Assembly: GCA_043817405.1 (NCBI GenBank)
Contig: JBDRGV010000062.1
Coordinates: 1,267 to 65,266 of the forward strand
Origin: an archaeon
GTDB lineage: Archaea > Nanobdellota > Nanobdellia > Woesearchaeales > GCA-2686295
Reading direction: 5' to 3'
DNA length: 64,000 bases
Program-made: the position numbers and the translations under genes
Notes under the pieces: model-generated
The model's database searches: none
The model's input: only the letters and a program-made list of their open reading frames with translations
What the model was told of the DNA's origin: nothing
Shown here: positions 37,836-47,200 of the stretch, in pieces
Layout: every line of letters begins with the position of its first letter
Position numbering within the stretch: the stretch's first letter is position 1

Positions 37836-39113
37836 CTAAAAAATGTTATTATCTATTGTTTTATAGTCACTTAAAGCTCTTATACAAGTAGAAGTTGTTA
37901 ACAACCTGTTTTGATCTTTTGCATCTTCTCTCCACCTGCTCTTATTGACCCACGGTTCTGTATTTGAATGGGATGGAAAACGAAGAATATCATATGAATT
38001 CCAGCTTCCATCTTTTCTTTGAGAAGACAGTAACTCTTCAACACAAGAATTAATTTTATCATAACTTTCTTCACTTCTAATCATCCCTTGTGTTGCTAGA
38101 GCAAGATAAAAAGGAATATCAGATATATTTTCTTCTTTTGAAAGCCAATCACCTGCTTTTTTTACTTGACTTTTATATCCTAATTTTGAAAGAACTTCAA
38201 TTGCATGAACTGTTGCATAGATGTCATTGTTCCACCAATAAGATCTCCATCTGCCATCTTCTTGTTGTGAGTCTAAAAGAAATTTAACTGCTTTTTTGTT
38301 ATCTGGATTTGCCAATAATGCAGAAGTGGTTATATCTGCAGTTGATGATATCCAACCATCGAGAGATTCTTCTTTTGGAATTCTTGAATCATAGTCTTTT
38401 CTTACTTTTTCTTCTAGATAAGTTCCAAAACCACTGTCACTGTTTTGATGTTTGTCTAAGAATTTTTTTGCTTTGTAAACTTCTTGTTCATATCCAAACT
38501 CTGACAAAAATCTGATTGCAAAAGCAGTTGAATCTGAATCGGAAGAAGCAAGATTGCTATAGCTAAATCCACCATCTTTTTCTTGGTATTTAACTAGTTC
38601 TTTTGCAGTATCTTTGATTCGAATATTCCAAGGATCTAAATCCAAAAGATTCAAACCTACAAAAGAAGAAATCCAGTAGGAACTTTCACCATGATGCTTT
38701 GATGAAAAATCATACCATAAACCATCTTTTTTTCTATTGTCAAAAACAAATTTAGTTGCTTTGTCTATTGATTTTGTTGCATTCTTTTTATTTGATTTTA
38801 TGGTTCTTTTTAAAACTCTGGATGGTTGTTCTTTTCTTTTTTTGAAATAATTTGAAATTCCTTTTTGAGTGTAATGTCCAATTAAAGCTCCGACAACAAC
38901 TGCAGCCGATCCGAATGTTGTTTCTACAATTGTGCTTAAGTAGTGAAAAGGCATTAAATCTATTTCTACTGGTTGTTGTTGCGCTGTTATTGTATGTACA
39001 ATTACACCCATATTTTGGTGTATTTTTAAAATTGTATATTCAAAAGACGCAATAGATGTAAGTATTCCTGTTAGGTTTGGTATTTTAATTTCCATTTTTT
39101 CCTCAAGTTTCAA
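37836..39113 (-). CDS. Membrane-anchored prenyltransferase/squalene-cyclase-repeat (QW-repeat, alpha/alpha-toroid) protein
   Basis: N-terminal TM segments, then at least 5 repeats of the type NRKKDGLWYDF, YQEKDGGFSYS, HQNSDSGFGTY, SQQEDGRWRSYWW, SQRKDGSWNSY. Confidence 0.65.
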   Translation of the reverse strand: MKLEEKMEIKIPNLTGILTSIASFEYTILKIHQNMGVIVHTITAQQQPVEIDLMPFHYLSTIVETTFGSAAVVVGALIGHYTQKGISNYFKKRKEQPSRVLKRTIKSNKKNATKSIDKATKFVFDNRKKDGLWYDFSSKHHGESSYWISSFVGLNLLDLDPWNIRIKDTAKELVKYQEKDGGFSYSNLASSDSDSTAFAIRFLSEFGYEQEVYKAKKFLDKHQNSDSGFGTYLEEKVRKDYDSRIPKEESLDGWISSTADITTSALLANPDNKKAVKFLLDSQQEDGRWRSYWWNNDIYATVHAIEVLSKLGYKSQVKKAGDWLSKEENISDIPFYLALATQGMIRSEESYDKINSCVEELLSSQRKDGSWNSYDILRFPSHSNTEPWVNKSRWREDAKDQNRLLTTSTCIRALSDYKTIDNNIF

Positions 39114-39403
39114 AAAATCTTCTTTGCGAATTCTATTATTTCGTTATGATATTTTATTCCAAAAGGAATTGCTGCTCCTAATGCATAAGAACCAAGATTT
39201 TGAATATGATCTGTTAGAGAATAATCTACGATATCCTCATAATGTATTTGTTTGGCATAATGATTACTCATAATCACTTTCATAGTACCCCAAATGGGTG
39301 CTGCAATGGTCAATAATGGATCTCCAGTAGTTAAACAATCTATAGTGGCATAAATTCCTCCAGATATTGTTGATAATATTTTTGCTTTAGCCATTTTAAT
39401 CAC
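39110..39403 (-). CDS. Small membrane protein
   Basis: 97 aa, hydrophobic. Overlaps the downstream QW-repeat gene by 4 nt. Confidence 0.4.
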   Translation of the reverse strand: MIKMAKAKILSTISGGIYATIDCLTTGDPLLTIAAPIWGTMKVIMSNHYAKQIHYEDIVDYSLTDHIQNLGSYALGAAIPFGIKYHNEIIEFAKKIF

Positions 39404-39689
39404 CTCTAATTTTATTCATTATATAATTGCTAATATGTAATACTCCAAATAAAGCCATTACTTGAAGACCTAATCCTGCGCCTAGTTCTAGATAATCTTT
39501 CATTATTGCTTCGTTTGAAAACAATCTTTGAACTAAATTTGTTTTCAAAGCGTAATCTTTAAACATTAATGCGGTTCCGGTGGTTGCTGCAAGAGCTGCA
39601 GTTACACTTGAAAAATAAGTTTTTACCTCTACTTTTTCTCCATATTTTACATTTGGAAACCTTTTGTATAATTGCTCCATTTTACACAA
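39396..39689 (-). CDS. Small membrane protein
   Basis: 97 aa, hydrophobic. Overlaps the next gene by 8 nt. First gene of a 3-gene minus-strand unit. Confidence 0.4.
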   Translation of the reverse strand: MCKMEQLYKRFPNVKYGEKVEVKTYFSSVTAALAATTGTALMFKDYALKTNLVQRLFSNEAIMKDYLELGAGLGLQVMALFGVLHISNYIMNKIRGD

Positions 39690-39770
39690 AGAATATGAAC
39701 TATTCTTTTATAGTTGAGTTGTTATTTAAAATAACAACATTTATATTTTTCAATCACTTTCTTTTTTTGC

Positions 39771-40466
39771 ATGGAAGAACAATTAAAAAAAGCAGGACTC
39801 ACAGGTAACGAAGCAAAAGTTTATCATGAGCTACTAAAAAAAGGTTCTTTATCCGCGTATAAGCTAGCAAGAAATATTAGTATGGATAGAACTCTTTCTT
39901 ATACTGTTCTCAATCATTTAATAGAAAAAGGATTGGCAAGTTATATAATAAAAGATAATAAGAAATATTTCGAAGCATCTCCTCCTGAAAATCTTCTAAA
40001 TTCTCTAAAAAAACAAGAAGCATTTATCAAGGATTTAATTCCTAATCTAAAAAACATACAACAACAAACAGACCATCCTCAAGAAATAAATGTTTACGAA
40101 GGAAAAGATGGGTTGAGAACATTTCTAAATATTGTTTTAAGACATAAAGAATTCAGTTCTTTTGGAGCAACCGGAGGAATGTTTTATCAATTATATGAAC
40201 TTCCACGATTAGCAAAGAAACTAAAAGATATGGATGCTAGATTAATTGGTCATCCAAAATACAAAAACACAGACGCATTTATCTTAAAAAACGTTAAATA
40301 TCGATATCTAAATATAAACGCAGAAGCGACAACTTCAATATTCGGAGACTATATTTCAATTCATTTGTTAACTCAAAAACCAATAGTTATTGTGATAAAA
40401 AACAAAGAAATAGCAGAGAGCTACAGAAATTACTTCAATTTTTTGTGGAAAGTTGCAAAACCATAA
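39771..40466 (+). CDS. TrmB-family transcriptional regulator
   Basis: N-terminal wHTH LKKAGLTGNEAKVYHELLKKGSLSAYKLARNISMDRTLSYTVLNHLIEKGLASY. Confidence 0.7.
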   Translation: MEEQLKKAGLTGNEAKVYHELLKKGSLSAYKLARNISMDRTLSYTVLNHLIEKGLASYIIKDNKKYFEASPPENLLNSLKKQEAFIKDLIPNLKNIQQQTDHPQEINVYEGKDGLRTFLNIVLRHKEFSSFGATGGMFYQLYELPRLAKKLKDMDARLIGHPKYKNTDAFILKNVKYRYLNINAEATTSIFGDYISIHLLTQKPIVIVIKNKEIAESYRNYFNFLWKVAKP

Positions 40467-40520
40467 TTTCATTGAATTATCTTTCACAAACTTTATTTAC
40501 TCCTAAAACATTCTTAGACC

Positions 40521-41030
40521 ATGCAGAAATATGTTTTCAAAGAATATAATCCTGAATACAAAGCTTTTTTCATATTGGAAAAGAAAAAAATAGAAAAAGC
40601 TCTCGGTTCAACTGCTAAAATTGAACATGTGGGTTCGACAGCAATTCCTAATTTAGGTGGGAAAGACATTCTTGATATTGTTGTAGGCGTTTCAAAATCA
40701 AACATTGGCATTGCTAAAAATAAATTAGAAAAAGCAGGTTACGAATTTCGTGAAAAAGCAAGTGTTCCTGAAAGACTATTTTTCAGAAAAGATTATTCCT
40801 ACAAAAATAGAAAAAGAAGAATTCATATTCATCTCACAAAACTTAGCAGTCAAGATTGGAGCGATATGATTAGTTTTCGAGATTACTTACTAAAACACTC
40901 TAAATTTATTAAACAATATGTCGCAATTAAGAAAGAAGGAGTAAAAAAAGCCCTTGGTGATGGAGCAAAGTATAGAAAACATAAAGAAAAATTTATCGAA
41001 ACTATTCTGAAAAAAGCATCAAAACCATGA
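40521..41030 (+). CDS. GrpB (UPF0157) nucleotidyltransferase-fold protein
   Basis: IEHVGSTAIPNLGGKDILDIVVGV and RIHIHL motifs. Confidence 0.7.
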   Translation: MQKYVFKEYNPEYKAFFILEKKKIEKALGSTAKIEHVGSTAIPNLGGKDILDIVVGVSKSNIGIAKNKLEKAGYEFREKASVPERLFFRKDYSYKNRKRRIHIHLTKLSSQDWSDMISFRDYLLKHSKFIKQYVAIKKEGVKKALGDGAKYRKHKEKFIETILKKASKP

Positions 41031-41100
41031 TTTTAACTCTAGAAATCGCAACTTTTTTAAATAATTAAACCTAAATACACTTTCTTCAACGTTTAACATA

Positions 41101-41157
41101 CAAAAATCAAAAACAATTTTTGAAGTCACAGAAAGAAAAACTTTCTGGGACACAAAA
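41101..41157 (+). repeat. Intergenic element copy A (CAAAAATCAAAAAC ... TTTTTGAAGTC ... hairpin ... GGGACACAAAA)
   Basis: Shares an identical 14-mer and the GGGACACAAAA end with copy C, and ATTTTTGAAGTC with copy B. Internal hairpin CAGAAAG/CTTTCTG. Confidence 0.5.
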
Positions 41158-41179
41158 TTAAATAATTTTGAAGTTCAAA

Positions 41180-41413
41180 ATGCAAAAAGCATTTTTAACA
41201 TTCATGGCCATCAAGAAGAAGAAAGACAAAGTATCGTCTGAAGATTTAAAGGAAGAAGTGTTAAAGGATAGTAAAATTTCTAAAAAGCAAAGTTGTATAG
41301 CCTGTAAGAAACCTGCAGAGTATTGTATGCGTGGAATTCCAGAAAATTGTTATTGTAAGGAATGCGCACAGGATTATTTTAAGCTTCTGAGTTATCTTGA
41401 AAAGCTCAAATGA
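41180..41413 (+). CDS. Small Cys-rich (zinc-ribbon-like) protein
   Basis: CIACKKPAEYC...CYCKEC. Start reset from TTG to the ATG at 41180. Confidence 0.4.
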   Translation: MQKAFLTFMAIKKKKDKVSSEDLKEEVLKDSKISKKQSCIACKKPAEYCMRGIPENCYCKECAQDYFKLLSYLEKLK

Positions 41414-43316
41414 ATGGAACTTCTTTATCGGATTTAATTCCATAAACAAATACGTAATTCCAAAATAAACTTTTTCGTCTGATAACTCTAACGGAGAAAC
41501 CTGCATTCTTAAAGACGTTTTCAATTTTTTTATTGGAAGAGAGCCATTCAACATTTGGTAAAATCCAAAAGAAATCGACGTACTCTGCAAAGAAAACTTT
41601 TCCATTCTCAGGCAGAATATTATTCATATCTGAAAGTATTTTTTGAATGTTCTGCATATAGCCCATCATTCCAACGGAGAAAATCATGTCAACATACTCG
41701 ATGTCTGGGTGAACCCTGCTAACATGGTGCCTATCATGAATCATTTGAACATGCTTGTAACCTTTTTTATACAATCTTCTGGATAGAATGCTCAAATTCT
41801 TCTTGCTTAAATCAGTGGCATAAACCTTTCCTTCAGGACCAACTGCTTCAGCCAAATGTAAAGTTAAAGTTCCAACACCGGAGCCATAATCTAAAACATG
41901 TTTTTTCTTAATATCCTTGAAAATCTTAAGAATATCCTTTCGAACAGCCTTAGGCAATAAAAAGTTTTCAAACAATAAATTAAGATAAGCAAAAGAATTA
42001 TTTATCTTAATAATGGCGTCAGGATCATAGTAAAATAACAACAGGAAGTAAATTGGTATTCCAAATATTATGAAAGACAGACCAAGCTTTAATATTGAAA
42101 ACGCGCCGTGCACCGACACCAGCCAATAACCCACCAACGACAATAACATCAAAACAATAATTGCAGGTCCAACCTTTCCAAAAGGTACTTTGTAGGGCCT
42201 CTCAACATCCGGCTGCTTGAAACGCAGGATGACAACACTCAACAAAGTCATGGAGTAAATAATGATTACTAAAGGAAGTAAAATTTCCAACAAAGTCTCA
42301 TAGGAACCAGAACCGAGAATAACTAGTATACTAGTAAGAACCGTTTGAAAAATAATCGCGACATAGGGCGTTTGATTCTTAGGATGAATCTTAGCGCATT
42401 GAGTTATGAACAATTTGTCCTTGGCCAAAGCCAAAATCAACCTGGGTGCAGCAACAATCCAACCAGCAACACTACCAACGATTGATAAGTAAACAAGGAT
42501 TGTGAAAATACTTTTTCCAACTGCACCATAATGTGCGAAAGATAAATCAGCCAATGGCGCAAGTGAATTTGCAAATTGAGCCCAGGGAATGGTGCTTATG
42601 GAAGTGATGACAAACAACAGGCTCAAAATAGCGATGATTATTGTTCCGTATATCAAAGCTTTTGGAATGACTTTTTCAGGATTCTTAGTCTCTTCGGCTA
42701 GGAAAGTAACTGTTTCCCAACCAAAGAATGTTTCGGCTATGAAAAATATGGCTATGAATATAAGTGGCCATGTAAAAAATTCAGGGAAGAATGGAGTTAA
42801 ATTACTGAAATTCATCGATAAAACTCCCGGTACAATTAGTCCTAGTAATGAACTCATGGTTATAATTCCAAAAGCCACCAACATTACGGCGCTAGTCTTC
42901 ATGCCTTTGTAGGCCATGAAGTTGAAAACAATTATGAACATCAGACTAATAGCTATCTTTAACAATCCAGGCATTGAAGGATTCAAATATCTTATTGCTC
43001 CGACCACAAGCATTGCAATGGTTATGTTTCCAGCAAGTAGAGTCATCCATCCAATCAAGAAAGAAACAAATCTTCCATAGGCTTGTTTACAGTATTCATA
43101 AATCCCACCTGATTTAGGATACATGCTGGCTAGTTCTCCAAATGACATTGCTATATAAATCGAAATTAGTGATAATATGACCCATGAAATAATTGATGCA
43201 GGTCCTGATATTTTAACACCTAATGCAGGCAGAAAGAAAATTCCTGTTCCCATTATGGAATTAATAGTTATAAGAAGAAGTACGGGAAAGTTCAGAGTTT
43301 TCTTTAGCTCGACCAT
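41406..43316 (-). CDS. Fusion: APC-superfamily amino acid/polyamine permease + C-terminal class I SAM-dependent methyltransferase
   Basis: About 430 aa of 12-TM APC-like sequence (GTGIFFLP..., SFGELASMYPKSGG) followed by VLDYGSGVGTLTLHLA (motif I), MIFSVGMMGYM and ENGKVFFAEY. Confidence 0.75.
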   Translation of the reverse strand: MVELKKTLNFPVLLLITINSIMGTGIFFLPALGVKISGPASIISWVILSLISIYIAMSFGELASMYPKSGGIYEYCKQAYGRFVSFLIGWMTLLAGNITIAMLVVGAIRYLNPSMPGLLKIAISLMFIIVFNFMAYKGMKTSAVMLVAFGIITMSSLLGLIVPGVLSMNFSNLTPFFPEFFTWPLIFIAIFFIAETFFGWETVTFLAEETKNPEKVIPKALIYGTIIIAILSLLFVITSISTIPWAQFANSLAPLADLSFAHYGAVGKSIFTILVYLSIVGSVAGWIVAAPRLILALAKDKLFITQCAKIHPKNQTPYVAIIFQTVLTSILVILGSGSYETLLEILLPLVIIIYSMTLLSVVILRFKQPDVERPYKVPFGKVGPAIIVLMLLSLVGYWLVSVHGAFSILKLGLSFIIFGIPIYFLLLFYYDPDAIIKINNSFAYLNLLFENFLLPKAVRKDILKIFKDIKKKHVLDYGSGVGTLTLHLAEAVGPEGKVYATDLSKKNLSILSRRLYKKGYKHVQMIHDRHHVSRVHPDIEYVDMIFSVGMMGYMQNIQKILSDMNNILPENGKVFFAEYVDFFWILPNVEWLSSNKKIENVFKNAGFSVRVIRRKSLFWNYVFVYGIKSDKEVPFI

Positions 43317-43466
43317 TAATATTATTTTGTGTCGTCTGATATATAAATTATTGGTTCAATTGAACAGTGGTAATGATTATATTTTTAAAACCGAGATATT
43401 TCTTAGAACTATGAAATCTGAAAAAGCTAATTTTTTTCAGGTTCATAATTTCATGGAGCTAAAATT

Positions 43467-44126
43467 ATGAAAACACATTTTGTTGAGGTAAAATACGATT
43501 TGAAAGTAACTATTCCAAAGAAAGTTTTAGACAGTCTTCCGAAAACAATAATGTTGTTTTTAACGGCTCAACTAATTGATCAAAAAGAAGATATTATAAA
43601 ACAATTAGAGAAAGCAGGCAAAAAAATTTTTTTAACAAAACCAAGACATACAATCTATGAAGGACAAATACTTGGTTGTAGCATGGAAAAACATGAAGGT
43701 GATTTTGAAGCATTTTTTTATATTGGTGACGGATTATTTCATCCGCAAGCCTTGGTTTTGAAAAACGATAAAACAGTGCATATTTGGAATGCTGTAACAA
43801 AAAAATATTCTGTGCTAACAAAGAAAGATGCTGAGCTTTCAAGATCAAGAATCAACGCTGCCAAAATGGGTTTTCTGATGAGTAAAAACATAGGTGTTTT
43901 AGTGACTACAAAACCCGGTCAAAACAAACTATTATATTTTAAAAAAATCATGAACCGTTATTCTGATAAAAAATTCTATTTTCTAGTGAACAACAACATA
44001 GAATTCGACAGGTTGGAAGATTTTCCATTCATCGATTGTTTTGTCAACACTGCTTGTGAAAGAATAGCGACCGATGATTATGATAAACTTAACAAGCCAA
44101 TTCTAAATTTCGAAGACCTACCATAG
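43467..44126 (+). CDS. dph2: Dph2-like (diphthamide synthesis radical SAM) protein, N-terminally short
   Basis: GQILGCS, FFYIGDGLFHPQAL, IGVLVTTKPGQ and FVNTACERIA resemble Dph2 domains 2-3. It is only 219 aa, and the first-domain Cys region is not seen. Confidence 0.5.
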   Translation: MKTHFVEVKYDLKVTIPKKVLDSLPKTIMLFLTAQLIDQKEDIIKQLEKAGKKIFLTKPRHTIYEGQILGCSMEKHEGDFEAFFYIGDGLFHPQALVLKNDKTVHIWNAVTKKYSVLTKKDAELSRSRINAAKMGFLMSKNIGVLVTTKPGQNKLLYFKKIMNRYSDKKFYFLVNNNIEFDRLEDFPFIDCFVNTACERIATDDYDKLNKPILNFEDLP

Positions 44127-44233
44127 TTTTTCTATTTTAAAGTAGTAAATGACGAAATGTTTATAAATAAAATTGAATTGCTGTTCTCTATAAAGTTTTA
44201 TTTTCGAAAATAAAATTGTTTGGGGGAACATAA

Positions 44234-47200
44234 ATGAGATTTTCAAATACAATAAAAAACACTATATTTCTAATGATTGCAATATGTATGCTAACAATAA
44301 CTGCCATGAGCGCAGTAGCAGTTGACTGTAGTCTGGATGTAGAAGGACCAGTATTTCTTATAGGAACAAACCATTTCATTAATGATGGGACAATAACTTT
44401 CTTTAATCAGGCTCATGATGATTGTTCTCCTATTCAAACAGTGAAATTATTTTTTAATGTTTCCCAAAACGAAATTTCTTTTACCTGTGGAACCCCTGAA
44501 ACAGGAATAAATATGAATGCTGATGATGGTTCTTTTGATGAACAAATAGAATTTGTCAGCAAAACAATGCCTTTCAATGAAAGTGGATGGGCTAATACTT
44601 GTGTACAAGCTCAAGATTCTCTAAACAACTGGGGTGCCTGTGTTTGCGATAAACTGAAAATAGATTTTTTCCCCCCTGTAGTTAAAAACATACAAATCAA
44701 CCCTCCATTCAATAAAGGAATTTTTAACTTTACAGCAGACGCAGTAGATGATTATTCACCAATTGCAGAAGCAGAATACTTTGTCACACATAACGCAGGA
44801 TTTGTATGCCCGGATAAAACTGTAAGAGGAACCCCACTTCAAGCAACAGACGGTAACTTTTGGACTAATCAAACAGAAGAAGTATTTGCAAATAATGTTG
44901 TATATTATGCTGATGGAACAAACTATCTTCATATAAGAGCCAGAGAAAGCACTGGTCCTCAAGGAAGTGGCCAATGGGGTGAATGCACTATGGCAACATT
45001 CGAAACAGACTCTCATCCTCCAATTGTGACCATGGTTTTAGTAAACCAAGGAGCTCCCGAAGAAGAACTAGTGTGTGGAGAAGACCCTGATGTTTTCGTA
45101 ACAATATGTGACACAGAATCACCGATTACAGAAGCAGAGTATTTCTTAGACATGTGGATTCCTCCAGAAAACATACCAAACCCTGGAACAGGATACAACT
45201 TAACTCTTGTACGACAATACAAACCTTTTGAATCATTACTATTTTTCTGCTCAGACTTTGAAGGAACCATTCCACTGGACCAGTTAGATGATGGAATACA
45301 TTATTTTAACCAGGTCAGAGGAAAAGATGCCTTTGGAAACTGGGGAAAAATATCTTATCAAAATTTTAATTACTCATTCATATCAGACAATACACCACCA
45401 GAAACAAACAAAGAAATAATCTTTGGTGGAGACAGACATGTAGAATGTAACATAACAGAAGCCAACGGAGAAACAATAACCAACGGCTGCTACTATGTGC
45501 AAAACGAAACTGAAATAACATTAACTTCAGAAGACCCAGATACAAACGAATTTGCAGGCGATGTAACAATTTATTACAAAATTTGGTGGTCAGTAGACGG
45601 ACAGGATCCATGGACTGTTATTGAAGAAGATGAAAGCGAATTAAACGAACCAATTTCATTCACTCTAGACAAACCATCATATCACCTGATAGAATACTGG
45701 GCAGAAGATGGATGCGAACAAGAAGAACTACCACATCACTTCGAACTAGACATTGTACATTTAACCTATTGTGGTGATGGGATTGTTCAAGATCCAAACA
45801 CATACGGAGAATTCGAAGAATGTGATGGTACTGATGGTGTTGGTCCTCATCAAACATGTGAAGAAGATTGTACATTAACTAATCTTCCTTGGTGTGGTGA
45901 TAATGAAGTTAACCAAGTATGGGAACTTTGTGATGAGAACGGTAATAATACTGATACTGCCTGTACACCAGGATATGAAGATACTTGTTCATGGTGTGAT
46001 TTAGAATGTCAGCCTCATGAAGAGTCAGGTCCATATTGTGGTGATAATATTGTGAATGGTCCTGAAGAGTGTGATGGAACGGCTGGTGTAGGTCCAGATG
46101 AACTTTGTGCTAATGATTGTACACTTTACAATAAAACTTATTGTGGTGATGGTATTGTTCAGGATCCAAACGATTATGGTGTAAATGAAGTTTGTGATGA
46201 AAACGGAAATAATACAAACACAGCATGTACACCTAGCTATGAAGATACTTGCTCTTGGTGTGATTTAACATGTATTCCTCATAATGAAACAGGTCCATAC
46301 TGTGGTGATGGAATCTGGCAACCAGCAGAAGAGGAATGTGAAGGTGCTTTTGGCGTTGGACCACATGAATCATGTACAGCCGAATGTACAATTACTGATT
46401 TGACTTATTGTGGTGATGGAATAAAACAGAACCCTAATGAAGAACTTACTGGTGGCCCATTGAATGACGGAGATGAAGAGTGTGATGGTACTGATGGCGT
46501 AGGTCTTCATCAAGAATGTACAGAAATTTGTACTTTAGAAGATTTACTTTGGTGTGGAGATGGCTTTGTAAATCAACCATCTGAAACTTGTGATGAGAAT
46601 GGAAACAACACTGAAACAGCATGTACTCCAGGTTATGAAGATACTTGTGATTGGTGTGACTTATCTTGTCAACCTCACGAACTAACAGGTCCATATTGTG
46701 GTGATAATATTGTGAATGGTCCTGAAGAATGCGATGGAATAGCTGGTGTAGGTCTTCATCAAGAATGTACAGAAGAATGTACACTAACAGACTTGCCATG
46801 GTGTGGAGATGGCTTTGTAAATCAACCATCAGAAGTTTGTGATGAAAACGGAGCAAACACAAATACTCCATGTACTCCAGGATATGAAGGTACATGTGAT
46901 TATTGTGACACAAGTTGTCAACCTCATGAAGTTGAAGGTCCATATTGTGGAGATGGAATCAAGAATGGCGCAGAACAATGTGACGATGGAAACTTAGATG
47001 AATTTGATGGTTGTATGAGTAATTGTAGAACAACAAATTTCGAATGTCAAGGAATAGATATTGTTGCAGATGGAGTTGGAATGAATACTCAACCTCAGAC
47101 TTTAACTCAAGATGTTCAAGGAGAATCAATATTAGGACTTCTTTACTGGAGCTTTAGGGGAGCAGCAGATAACACAATCAAAGCAGATGGAGTAAACCAT

